Shown here one piece after another: positions 8,452 to 17,286 of a DNA stretch of 20,174 bases. Positions within the stretch are counted from its first letter, which is position 1; every line of letters begins with the position of its first letter. Location: contig JBDLKA010000065.1 in the NCBI GenBank assembly GCA_039714075.1, forward strand, positions 1 to 20,174, read 5' to 3'. This stretch comes from Candidatus Krumholzibacteriota bacterium (GTDB lineage Bacteria > Krumholzibacteriota > Krumholzibacteriia > LZORAL124-64-63). A model generated the notes under the pieces. The model had not been told where the DNA came from. It made no database searches and worked only from the letters and a program-made list of their open reading frames with translations. The position numbers and the translations under genes were made by a program.

Positions 8452-8740
8452 TGTGCCCTCCAGGGACTGGTCCGGGTTCGCGTTTCGCTCCCTTAATGGT
8501 AACTCCCCGCCATCGATTATCCATGAAAATCCGCAAGAGGGGCAAGGACTGGGTTGATATCGGCCGACAACCCTGTTAAGTTTCTGACGAGTCTTGTTCT
8601 CGTTGCTCCAAGTGCAATTCCCTCCTCTTTTTATGGGATTTCACTTCGAGTTCGCGGGTATTTTTGTCAACACCGATTACCGGTTGGATAAAGCATTTTT
8701 TTCACCCGGGAACTCGGAATCAATTTTTTAGGAGGGTGTC

Positions 8741-10018
8741 ATGGCCAAGCTCCAGAATGCGCTCGACAAGAAAATCCCCGTCTGGCGGAAGGAAATCGGA
8801 ACCCTGGTCAAGAAGCACGGGGCCAAAAAGATCAGTGACGTTTCCATCCTCCAGGCCTATGGCGGGATGCGCGGCGTCAAGGGCATGGTCTGCGACACTT
8901 CCGAAGTCCCCCCCGACAAGGGCCTGATGATCCGCGGCATCCCCGCCGGCAAACTGACCGACAAGACACCCGAGGACATCTTCTATCTGCTGTGCACCGG
9001 CGAGCTGCCCAACGCCAGGGACCGCAGGGCCCTGACCGAGGAGCTCAACGCGCGCGCCAAGGTTCCCGCCTACGTGTGGAAGGTTCTCGAGGCCATGCCC
9101 AAGAACTCCCACCCCATGTGCATGCTCGACACGGCCATCCTCTGCATGCAGAAGGAGAGCAAGTTCGTCAAGGCGTACAACGCCGGCATGAGCAAGATGG
9201 ACTACTGGAAACCGACCATGGAAGACAGCCTGGACCTGCTGGCCAAGCTGCCGGCCATCGCCGCGGGCGTATACCGGATCCGCTTCAACAAGGGCAAACG
9301 AATCGGACCCAAGAAGGGCCTGACCTGGGCGCAGAACTACGCCCACATGCTTGGCATCAAGGACAAGACCGGCGAGTTCGCCGACTGTATGCGTCTGTAC
9401 CTGGTGCTGCACTGCGACCACGAGGGCGGCAACGTTTCGGCCCATGCCTGCCACCTGGTGGGCTCGGCGCTGAGCGACGCCTACTACAGCGTATCGGCCG
9501 GCCTCAACGGTCTGGCCGGCCCCCTGCACGGCCTGGCCAACCAGGAGTGCCTGAACTGGGTGCTGCAGCTGAAGAAGAAGTTCCGCGGCGTGCCCTCCGA
9601 CGAGCAGCTGACCCAGTTCGCCTGGGACACGCTCAACAGCGGCAAAGTCATCCCGGGATACGGTCATGCCGTCCTGAGAGTCACCGACCCCCGTTTCACC
9701 GCCTTCCGCGCCTTCGGGATGAAGCACTTCCCCGAGGATCCGGTGATGCAACTGGTGGACAAGGTCTACACCATCGTGCCCAAGGTGCTGAAAGAGCACG
9801 GCAAGGCCAAGAACCCCTGGCCCAACGTGGACGCCGGCAGCGGCGCCCTGCTGTACCACTACGGCATGAGTGAATTCTCCTACTACACCGTGCTGTTCTC
9901 GGTCTCCCGGGCCATGGGCATGCTCAGCCAGATGATCATCAACCGGGCCATGGGCTCGCCGATCGAACGGCCGAAGAGCGTGACCACCAAGTGGCTGAAG
10001 AAGCAGGTCAAGAAGTAG
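8741..10018 (+). CDS. gltA: Citrate (Si)-synthase, eukaryotic/Geobacter type
   Basis: YGGMRGVKGMVCDTS, HCDHEGGNVSAH, GLAGPLHGLANQE, VIPGYGHAVLRVTDPR, NPWPNVDAGSG and PIERPKS motifs; AGGAGG RBS. Confidence 0.96.
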   Translation: MAKLQNALDKKIPVWRKEIGTLVKKHGAKKISDVSILQAYGGMRGVKGMVCDTSEVPPDKGLMIRGIPAGKLTDKTPEDIFYLLCTGELPNARDRRALTEELNARAKVPAYVWKVLEAMPKNSHPMCMLDTAILCMQKESKFVKAYNAGMSKMDYWKPTMEDSLDLLAKLPAIAAGVYRIRFNKGKRIGPKKGLTWAQNYAHMLGIKDKTGEFADCMRLYLVLHCDHEGGNVSAHACHLVGSALSDAYYSVSAGLNGLAGPLHGLANQECLNWVLQLKKKFRGVPSDEQLTQFAWDTLNSGKVIPGYGHAVLRVTDPRFTAFRAFGMKHFPEDPVMQLVDKVYTIVPKVLKEHGKAKNPWPNVDAGSGALLYHYGMSEFSYYTVLFSVSRAMGMLSQMIINRAMGSPIERPKSVTTKWLKKQVKK

Positions 10019-10042
10019 GCGCTCAGGCCTGATCCGAAGACA

Positions 10043-10096
10043 AGGGATCCGGGCAGTTCGCGACCCATGGTCGGCGAACGGCCCGGATCCTTTTTT
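10043..10096 (+). terminator. Intrinsic terminator after gltA
   Basis: GGATCCGGGC...GCCCGGATCC stem with inner GTTCGC/GCGAAC and GACC/GGTC pairing, followed by TTTTTT. Confidence 0.8.
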
Positions 10097-10102
10097 CCAG
10101 GA

Positions 10103-10537
10103 TCAGACGACCTTTTCCCTCCACGCCAGGATGGCCGCCGGCAGGATGTGGGAAAGGTAGAGAAGCCCCGCGGGCAGCACCGCGTCGAAAATGTGCCAAT
10201 CGTGATTGGCCGCCACCGCGGCTGTGAACATCACCACAAGACTGCAGGGAACGAAAATCACGTAGGAGTAACGCAAAGCTTCCCGGGTGACCATGACCTG
10301 CCGTTCATCGAGGTTTTCGACCTTGGCATGGGTCAGGCTCCACAGCCCCGTTCGCAAGATGACGTGAAGGAAACTCAGGACAAGACCGAGCAGGCAAACC
10401 AGGATCAGACCGACGGCAACGGGATTGTGGACTCCACCTGCGACCCATCCGTAATAGATCAATTCCAGAAATAACAGGCTGGCCAGATTCAGGACCACAT
10501 GTCCCCGGCGTAGGGTTCGGGAGTCCGCACCATTCAT
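10103..10537 (-). CDS. Hypothetical 4-TM membrane protein
   Basis: Four hydrophobic segments, LDERQ...A.R.SY motif typical of membrane partners of XRE repressors. Start MNGADS lies 1 nt after the XRE stop with an AAGGGGG RBS. Confidence 0.75.
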   Translation of the reverse strand: MNGADSRTLRRGHVVLNLASLLFLELIYYGWVAGGVHNPVAVGLILVCLLGLVLSFLHVILRTGLWSLTHAKVENLDERQVMVTREALRYSYVIFVPCSLVVMFTAAVAANHDWHIFDAVLPAGLLYLSHILPAAILAWREKVV

Positions 10538-10538
10538 T

Positions 10539-10799
10539 TCAATCCCCCTTTTTCTCCAACTGATCCCGCAGGACATCGCTCAATGGCTTCATCGGCCTGG
10601 TTGAAAACACCATCTCCACCGGAAGACCGAAAACATCCGCGATCCGGAAGGCCAGATCGAGACTCGGGTTGTATTCCTCGCGCTCCAGGTACCCGATCGT
10701 CTGATAATTGACCCCAACCAAATCGGCAAGGTGCTGCCGTGAAAGGTCTCGTTCATTCCTGAAAACCTGGATTCGGTTGTAGATTTTTCTTGATTTCAT
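10539..10799 (-). CDS. XRE/Cro-C1 family helix-turn-helix transcriptional regulator
   Basis: LSRQHLADLVGVNYQTIGYLEREEYNPSLDLAFRIADVFGLPVEMVF. Confidence 0.93.
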   Translation of the reverse strand: MKSRKIYNRIQVFRNERDLSRQHLADLVGVNYQTIGYLEREEYNPSLDLAFRIADVFGLPVEMVFSTRPMKPLSDVLRDQLEKKGD

Positions 10800-10805
10800 A
10801 CATGA

Positions 10806-10834
10806 ATTCTACACCATTTTATTATATTTGGCAA
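10806..10834 (-). promoter_or_regulatory. Sigma70 promoter giving a probably leaderless XRE transcript
   Basis: TTGCCA-N17-TAGAAT, with only 6 nt between the -10 and the ATG at 10799; no SD. Confidence 0.7.
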
Positions 10835-10943
10835 TGTTTTTATTGTATTTTTACAACATAAATTCAGTTACCCCACCCCGGTCCATGGCCCGTAAGCGAA
10901 AGTAATTTAAGTTGTATTGGAACCCGTTTCGAGGAGGGAAGCC

Positions 10944-11285
10944 ATGCCTACGTACGTACTGATGACCAAACTCGCGCCCGACAACATCGGAAACGCCAAA
11001 CTCCGCAAGAGCAAGGGGCAGGATTGGCTGGACAGGGTCCACGAAGCCTGCCCCGAAGTGAAGTGGATCGCCCACTACGCGCTGTTGGGCAGGTACGATT
11101 TCATGGACCTGTACGAAGCGCCGGACGACGCCACCGCCCACAAGATCAGCCTGATCTCGCGGGAGCAGGGCGCCATCAGCGCCGAAAGCTGGCCCGCGAT
11201 GTCCTACGACAAACACCTGAAGCTGATGGAGGAAGTGACCCGCGGCAGGGGACGCGCCACTCCCGCGGGAAAACCGACGACTTGA
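10944..11285 (+). CDS. GYD domain-containing protein
   Basis: MPTYVLMTKL...HYALLGRYDFMDLYEAPDDATA; GAGGAGG RBS before ATG at 10944. Confidence 0.88.
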   Translation: MPTYVLMTKLAPDNIGNAKLRKSKGQDWLDRVHEACPEVKWIAHYALLGRYDFMDLYEAPDDATAHKISLISREQGAISAESWPAMSYDKHLKLMEEVTRGRGRATPAGKPTT

Positions 11286-11302
11286 CCTCGGTCGAGGATT
11301 CT

Positions 11303-11419
11303 TCAGGACCGTTTGCTGTGATCGACGGCCTTGAGGATCTTCAGGTTCAGAACGATGAAGCGGAAGAACTGGAAGAGCTTGTTGTTCATCCAGAACTTGT
11401 CCCTGTCGGTGATTTCCAT
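11303..11419 (-). CDS. 38-aa small protein downstream of SQR
   Basis: MEITDRDKFWMNNKLFQFFRFIVLNLKILKAVDHSKRS; GGAGG RBS right after the SQR stop; GC3-rich codon usage like its neighbours. Confidence 0.75.
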   Translation of the reverse strand: MEITDRDKFWMNNKLFQFFRFIVLNLKILKAVDHSKRS

Positions 11420-11430
11420 GGCGGCCCTCC

Positions 11431-12867
11431 CTATTCCGGAATGATCTTCCAGCCGATGCGGCCCTGCAGCTTGTGCATGAAGGTCGTGTGGATCATGCGC
11501 TTCATCCAGGCCCCGGCCAATCCCATTTCCATGTGCGTGACGAACGGGTCGCGCCCTTCCTCGTTGGGGTAGCGCCGGTTGTCCGGCACCACGGGATAGA
11601 CCATGATCACGGCGGCGGAACCGTCCCACAGGCTGTCCCCCATCGAAGCGATGCAGGCGGCGGCCATTTCCGTCATGCGTTCGCTGTGGGTCATCCGTCC
11701 GTGCTGCACCAGGTCGATGATGTTCAGGGCCACGATCCGGCCGATGATGCCCGAAACCATGCCGGTCCGCGGCGGCGCCGGGGTCATCGGCACGCCGTTG
11801 GGATTCACGTGGGGTCTGGAAATCGGTCCGGGCGGCGCGAAAGCGATACCGGCGGCGAAAATGTTCCGGTAGTTGGGATTCTGGTACACGGCGGGCCAGG
11901 CGTCGGGATTGCCCGCCAGGGTTTCGTAATCCAGACCGTAGATACCGTCCACCGAAACGAAGCCGGCCGGATTGACGATCTTTTCCGAGACATCCTGGCC
12001 TTCGGCCCCGAGGAATTTCAACGGCTGGCCCAGGAACCGCGGAATGAGCATCGCGTAATCGAATTTCGTTTCGCCGGAATTTCCCTCCATGTCCTGCCAA
12101 CCCGCGACGCCGGCGGCAACTTCGGTGACTCCGCGGCCGACCAGAGGCTTGATCTCGTAGTCCCTGAACACCGCGCCGATGAAGTCCTCGGCGGTGCGGC
12201 GCCGGCCCCGGTGCTGGACCGCCAGACCGCGAATGCCGAAGTCGCCCAGCTCCGGTTCGTTGGACAGGTAGGCCAGGTCGCACTTGGTGCGGACGTTTCG
12301 CCTGACAAGATCCTTGTGGACGTTGGTGATGTATTCCAGGGCCGCGCCCTGGCAGGTGGCCCCGCCGTGGCCGGTGCCGATGACGATGCGCTGCCGTTCG
12401 CCCTTTTCCATCCTGGCCACGGCTTCGAGGTAATTGTTCCTCGCATCGACCGCGTGGGGCGGGGTGCAGATGGACCAGCTGTGACCCGCGGCCGGTCCCA
12501 GACCCGGGGTGGCCTCGAAATCCAGCTTGGGGCCCGTGGCGATCAGGAGGTAGTCATAATCCACCTGGACCGGTTGGCTGCCCTCGGCGGCCGGTTCGAC
12601 CACGACGTGCTGGTCGTCCGCGTGCACCTCGGTCGCCCGGCCGGCGATGAAAGTCACGTTGCGCCTGCGGTAGACTTTTTCCAGATCGAAAAGGGTCTTG
12701 TTGATGTCCATGCGGCCGATACCGACCCAGACCAGGGAGGGGATGTAGACAAAATCAGGTGACCGGTTGATCACGGTCACCTGATGGTCGCGGCCCAGCT
12801 TGTCCCCCAGGTACAAGGCCGCGGTATGTCCGGCGAACCCGGCTCCGATGACACAGATTCTCGCCAT
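11431..12867 (-). CDS. sqr: Sulfide:quinone oxidoreductase family flavoprotein
   Basis: GAGFAG FAD motif, YIPSLVWVGIG, YDYLLIATGP, Cys motifs SICTPPHA, ATCQGAALEY and AACIASMG, NIFAAGIA, PRTG. Confidence 0.85.
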   Translation of the reverse strand: MARICVIGAGFAGHTAALYLGDKLGRDHQVTVINRSPDFVYIPSLVWVGIGRMDINKTLFDLEKVYRRRNVTFIAGRATEVHADDQHVVVEPAAEGSQPVQVDYDYLLIATGPKLDFEATPGLGPAAGHSWSICTPPHAVDARNNYLEAVARMEKGERQRIVIGTGHGGATCQGAALEYITNVHKDLVRRNVRTKCDLAYLSNEPELGDFGIRGLAVQHRGRRRTAEDFIGAVFRDYEIKPLVGRGVTEVAAGVAGWQDMEGNSGETKFDYAMLIPRFLGQPLKFLGAEGQDVSEKIVNPAGFVSVDGIYGLDYETLAGNPDAWPAVYQNPNYRNIFAAGIAFAPPGPISRPHVNPNGVPMTPAPPRTGMVSGIIGRIVALNIIDLVQHGRMTHSERMTEMAAACIASMGDSLWDGSAAVIMVYPVVPDNRRYPNEEGRDPFVTHMEMGLAGAWMKRMIHTTFMHKLQGRIGWKIIPE

Positions 12868-12894
12868 GAGTTCCTCCCCTGAATGTCGCCGGCA

Positions 12895-14853
12895 TCAATG
12901 AACGAGCATGATGCTGGTTCTTTCCTCCCGGCCGAGGGCTTCCAGGACAAAAACATAAGTCCCCGAGGCCAGCCGCGCACCACCCTGGCCGGTGCCGTCC
13001 CAGAGGAAATGGTTTTCCCCGGCAACTCCTGCCATGCTGCCCAGGTCTTTGACCATCCCGCCGCGGATATCATGGATCCGGGCGCGGACTGTCGCGTCGT
13101 TGCCCAGGGTGTAGCGGATCTCCGTAACGGGAACGGAACCGTTTCCGAAGGGATTGGGAACGGCTCCGATCAGCCGGGGCACGTTCGCCACCACGGCCAG
13201 GGTGACCGGTCGGGACGTGGTCCCGGCCCCGTTGTCCGTATTGCCGATCTGCAAGGTCGTCTGGTGCCGGCCCACGCCCAGATCCGCGGCGGCCGCCGTC
13301 AGCGCCACAGTCACCTGGACCGTTCCGCCCACGGGAATCGACCCGGCGCCGGGAGTGGCGGTCAGCCAGGGTTCGGAAACGGCGGCGGAGAACGCAGCCA
13401 CCCTGTCACCGGTATTGGTCAGGGTGTAGACGATTTCCACCGGTTCAAACGGTCCCCCGATCACTCCGTAGGACTCCAGTCCCGTCCCCGGTTCAACCGC
13501 GAAACTGGTAAAGAAGGGGTCGATGGTCTCGACCGTCGCCGCTCCGGTTCCCAGAGGATCCAGCCAGTCGCTCAACCGGGAGTCGCTGGTTCCTCCCCCG
13601 GCCCAGGACACGAAGAACCGGCCGTACCAATCGGACTCATTGTTGCCGCAGGCGGCGGCCCCGCCGTGGAGCTGTCCGACTACGTGATGGTCCTGGTCGA
13701 ACAGCGGGGAGCCGGAAGACCCACCCTCGGTCGTCCCGGCGTCCCAGTCGATGACCCGCAAGTGGGTGCCGTCGCCGGGGCTGCCCACACCCTGGTACGA
13801 TGTCACGGACAACGGATCATTCTCGAAACTGATGCTCTTTTCATCGGTGCTGGGGTGATGAATGCAAACGGCGCTGGAAGCCACGCCGCTGGTTCGGTCC
13901 CAGCCGGCATAGCGGACGTTGAAGGCCGAATCGGGCAGATCGTCCAGTTCCAGGAGGGTCACATCGGTAGTCTCGTACTCCGCCCGCAACACCGACCCGT
14001 TTTGGGTGTCGGTCCGGGTTCCTCCTCCCTGCTGACCGCATTCGGGGCTCTCGAAGTTCCAGTAGACGACCACCGAGGGCGCCGCACCGGCCCTGACGCC
14101 GCAATGGTACGCCGTCATGAAGTAGGGCGTCCCGTCCTCGGCCGTATTGTTGGTCATGTACCCCGTACAGAGTTTGCCCGCGTTCGAAGTGAAGAGGGCC
14201 ACGGTGGCGATTTCGTTCCGCCAGTCATCGCCCTCGGGACAGACGACATCGATGTTGCAAGGTCCCGATTTTTCTTCCAGATCCTCCCCGAAAAAACGGT
14301 ACCCCCTGCCGATGGCCGTCAGTTCCAGTTCCACCTGCCAGCGAAGGGCCGGATCCACTTCCAGTTCGACCACCACATCATCGGTAATCAGGACCTGGGT
14401 CCACAATTCGCCATGGGCGGCGTTGTCGGTTTCATCGAAGGCCAGGACAGGGCCCTCGCCCGTGGGGGAATAGATCAGCAGGCGCGCCTGATGCGGCAGC
14501 CAGAATCGTGTGAACCCGAAGTTCAGCGACAGGACGTCCGGACCGGTGATCCGCAGCCGCCAGAGACTTCGTCCCGAGGGCAGATCTTCCCAGGTCCCCG
14601 CCGCGTCCGGGGTCAGGGAAACTTCCTGGACCTGGGCGAACCGGTAGGGCAATCCCTGTTCCTCGCGTTCCAGATCTTCCCGGGCCAGGGAGGTGCGGTC
14701 AATATCCAGCGCCCGGAAACCCTCCACCTCGGCCAAGGGTCGAACGGGCCATAACGAGCCCGCGGGCAGGGCATCCGCCCCCAACAGCACCTGGGGCATT
14801 ACCGTTGCCAGAAGCAGAACCGCCAGACTCAGAGTCCTAAACCGGAATATCAT
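12895..14853 (-). CDS. Secreted lysyl-endopeptidase-like (Achromobacter protease I type, trypsin fold) protease with Ig/BACON-like linker and C-terminal FlgD/T9SS-CTD-like domain
   Basis: Signal peptide, SGPCNIDVVCPEG, CTGYMTNNTAEDG, TAYHC, DVTLLEL and TEGGSSGSPLF. Tail has PNPF, WDG and ASGTY motifs. Confidence 0.9.
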   Translation of the reverse strand: MIFRFRTLSLAVLLLATVMPQVLLGADALPAGSLWPVRPLAEVEGFRALDIDRTSLAREDLEREEQGLPYRFAQVQEVSLTPDAAGTWEDLPSGRSLWRLRITGPDVLSLNFGFTRFWLPHQARLLIYSPTGEGPVLAFDETDNAAHGELWTQVLITDDVVVELEVDPALRWQVELELTAIGRGYRFFGEDLEEKSGPCNIDVVCPEGDDWRNEIATVALFTSNAGKLCTGYMTNNTAEDGTPYFMTAYHCGVRAGAAPSVVVYWNFESPECGQQGGGTRTDTQNGSVLRAEYETTDVTLLELDDLPDSAFNVRYAGWDRTSGVASSAVCIHHPSTDEKSISFENDPLSVTSYQGVGSPGDGTHLRVIDWDAGTTEGGSSGSPLFDQDHHVVGQLHGGAAACGNNESDWYGRFFVSWAGGGTSDSRLSDWLDPLGTGAATVETIDPFFTSFAVEPGTGLESYGVIGGPFEPVEIVYTLTNTGDRVAAFSAAVSEPWLTATPGAGSIPVGGTVQVTVALTAAAADLGVGRHQTTLQIGNTDNGAGTTSRPVTLAVVANVPRLIGAVPNPFGNGSVPVTEIRYTLGNDATVRARIHDIRGGMVKDLGSMAGVAGENHFLWDGTGQGGARLASGTYVFVLEALGREERTSIMLVH

Positions 14854-14855
14854 GA

Positions 14856-15581
14856 TTACCCTTTCGAAATGTCATCTGTCGCCGGGGATTCTTCGTTCCC
14901 GTGAACGGCATCCACCGCATTCCAGGCTATGGTCCAGCCCAGGACGACCTGGGACAGGTAGTGTTTGCGATCGTTGATCCGCGACCATCCCGTCAGGACC
15001 GACGCGCACCGGGCCGCCCATTGCGGACAGTTACCCTGCAACCGCCGGGCCAGGTTCAGCCAGGGTATCGCCGCGATAAAGGCGTGTCCCGAGGCCGAGT
15101 TGTCGTCGCTCATGGGGCGCCACCGGGGATTCGGATCCTCGTCCGTGGGACGATTGGCGCCCAGGCCGCGCTGCACGGTCCACAGAACCGGCAGACCGAC
15201 CACCATGGCCTCGAAATTGTTCCGCCCCCAACGGCTGAAGGACCCCGAGCGCACCCAGGCGTCGACCGCGGCCACCAGGAACCAGTTGACGAACCAGAAC
15301 CGCTCGCCGAAAGGATTGACGATGTGGGACGCCGTGTCCGTTCCCCGGGAACGAAGCGATCCCGAATGAAACGAGTCGACCGCTTCGTCGGCCCCGCTGT
15401 AGGCCAGGGCACTCGCGGCAGCCAGGGCTCCACCCAGGCGCAGAAAACTCCGGCGGCTGTAATTGCGCCGCCAGTGGCTCCCCGTTCCCCACAGCAGCGG
15501 AACCTTCGCCTCTCCCCGCCGTGAACGGCCGGGCATCACCAGCAGGGCACAAACCAGGGACAGGCCGATCGCGATCCACAT
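14856..15581 (-). CDS. PAP2 superfamily phosphatase-like membrane protein
   Basis: Variant C1/C2/C3 motifs QRGLGANRP, ASGH and SRINDRKHYLSQV. Confidence 0.8.
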   Translation of the reverse strand: MWIAIGLSLVCALLVMPGRSRRGEAKVPLLWGTGSHWRRNYSRRSFLRLGGALAAASALAYSGADEAVDSFHSGSLRSRGTDTASHIVNPFGERFWFVNWFLVAAVDAWVRSGSFSRWGRNNFEAMVVGLPVLWTVQRGLGANRPTDEDPNPRWRPMSDDNSASGHAFIAAIPWLNLARRLQGNCPQWAARCASVLTGWSRINDRKHYLSQVVLGWTIAWNAVDAVHGNEESPATDDISKG

Positions 15582-15610
15582 GCGTCAACCCGCTTTTCCG
15601 GTAAGAGCAG

Positions 15611-16783
15611 TCATCCCTGGTCCATTTCCCGCACCAGGTCGGCCACGGCCTCGGCAATGGCCGGCGCGCTGGTCAGCCCCGGCGACTCGATGCCCACCAG
15701 ATTGATCAGGCCGGCGAACTCGTCCTCTTCCCTGTGGATCACGAAATCTCCAAACCCGCTGATAGCCAGTTTGGGCCGCAGCCCGCACATGGCCGGGGAC
15801 AAATCGTCAGGTTCCAGCCAAGGCAGGAACCGCTTCGCGTCTTCATAAAACGATGCCTGGCGCCCGGGATCAACCCGGTAATCCAGGTTGAACTCTTCGG
15901 GAGCGTGGCAGGCGTCCCGCGGGTCGTTCGGCAGACGCTCCAGATCCGGGCCCAGTTTCATCTGCCCGGCCAGATCCAGGCAGACGTGCACGCCCAGGCT
16001 CGAGCCCGAGGACGGCGGCACCGGATAGACCAGGCGGTTGATCCGCCCGTCATGGGCATTGCCGAGGGCGAAATAATTGCCTTTGGTCAAATACTGCTTC
16101 CAGCCGCGCGCGGCGATGTCGATCCCCGCCAGGGCGGCCACGCGGTCGGCCCACAGGCCCGCCGCGTTGATCACGATCCGGCTGGTATGGCGCCATCCCT
16201 CCCGTCGCTTGTCGCCCGTGGGCGTGATCGCGACCTCCCAACCCGCGGCCAGGCGGTCCAGACCCGTGACCCGGCTTCCGGTCATGACCTGGGCGCCCCT
16301 TTCGGCGGCCAGTTGCGCGTAGGCCCTGGCCGCGCCTTCGGCATCCAGCACGCCGGTGCGGGGGGAAAACAACCCGGCCACCGCCCTGACCTCGGGCTCG
16401 AGGGCCTTCAATTCGGTGGCGTCGATGAGCTCGAGGTCCTCGACCCCGTTGGCCTGACCCAGGGCCAGCAGGCGCTCCAGCTCGGGGATTTCCGCGTCCT
16501 CGACCGCGACGATCACCTTGCCGCACTCCCAGTAGCCGACCCCGGCGGTGGCGCAGAAATCCTTCAGCAGCCTGCGGCCGGCAACACAATAACGGGCTTT
16601 CAGGGATCCGATCGGGTAATACATGCCGCCATGGGAGACTTCACTGTTGCGGCTGGTCGTCCCCCGCGCCAGACCGGATTCCATCTCCAGCAGGACGGTG
16701 CTCAAACCCAGCCCCGAGATTTCAGAGGCCACCGCACAGCCCACCAACCCTCCGCCGATGACCGTGACGTCGAGATCGAACAT
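15611..16783 (-). CDS. FAD-dependent oxidoreductase, L-2-hydroxyglutarate oxidase (LhgO)-like
   Basis: VIGGGLVG, TTSRNSEVSHGGMYY, INAAGLWAD, LVYPVP, LGVH, GLRPKL and GIESPGLTSAPAIA. Start at 16783 after a GAGGGG RBS. Confidence 0.88.
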   Translation of the reverse strand: MFDLDVTVIGGGLVGCAVASEISGLGLSTVLLEMESGLARGTTSRNSEVSHGGMYYPIGSLKARYCVAGRRLLKDFCATAGVGYWECGKVIVAVEDAEIPELERLLALGQANGVEDLELIDATELKALEPEVRAVAGLFSPRTGVLDAEGAARAYAQLAAERGAQVMTGSRVTGLDRLAAGWEVAITPTGDKRREGWRHTSRIVINAAGLWADRVAALAGIDIAARGWKQYLTKGNYFALGNAHDGRINRLVYPVPPSSGSSLGVHVCLDLAGQMKLGPDLERLPNDPRDACHAPEEFNLDYRVDPGRQASFYEDAKRFLPWLEPDDLSPAMCGLRPKLAISGFGDFVIHREEDEFAGLINLVGIESPGLTSAPAIAEAVADLVREMDQG

Positions 16784-16791
16784 GGATCCCC

Positions 16792-17286
16792 TCAACGGGC
16801 GGAGTGCTTGCGCACCCAGGTCTGGTAATCGACTTTCTCGTAGGCCTTGGTGCTGACGTACTCCAGGACCCGCAGCAGTTTTTCCGGCCCGACGTATCCC
16901 TTGATATTGGTCAGACCCTTGCCCTGGGAGTCCAGGAACCAAAGGGTGGGCAGGCTTTCGACCCGGTATTTGCGGGCCAGGGCGGGCAGCTTTTCGGTAT
17001 CGATCATCACGGCGGTGAAATTCTCGTTCAGGTACCGGATCACCTTGGGGTCCTTATAGGTTTCCCGCTGCATTTTCTTGCACCACTTGCACCAGGGCGC
17101 GGTGAAGTGCAGAAAGGCGGGCTTGTCGAAATCCCGTCCCTGGGACAGGGCTTCGTTGAAACCCAGCCAATTTATGGCCCGGTTATCTTCTTTTTCTTCG
17201 GCGCCGAGGGCGGCTGCGGCGGACAGGGAAACGATCAACAGGATGATCGCCGCCCAGGTGGTCCCGACGGACCTGGTGCGGATCAT
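16792..17286 (-). CDS. Exported thioredoxin-fold protein (SoxW/DsbD-gamma-like)
   Basis: Signal peptide, WCKWC active site and cis-Pro loop SLPTLWFLD. ATGA overlap with the RluA stop; alternative start 17292. Confidence 0.88.
   Translation of the reverse strand: MIRTRSVGTTWAAIILLIVSLSAAAALGAEEKEDNRAINWLGFNEALSQGRDFDKPAFLHFTAPWCKWCKKMQRETYKDPKVIRYLNENFTAVMIDTEKLPALARKYRVESLPTLWFLDSQGKGLTNIKGYVGPEKLLRVLEYVSTKAYEKVDYQTWVRKHSAR

Noticed and set aside
6928..8496. 522-aa plus-strand ORF
   Set aside because: Antisense shadow of the dus and ferritin-like genes; no motifs, expected in high-GC DNA.
11420..12283. 326-aa minus-strand ORF overlapping sqr
   Set aside because: Off-frame, Arg/Gly-rich nonsense; only the last 38 codons have an RBS and look real.
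12883..14754. 623-aa plus-strand ORF (likewise 11473-12762, 8720-9859 and 15734-16828)
   Set aside because: Antisense shadows of well-supported genes on the other strand.
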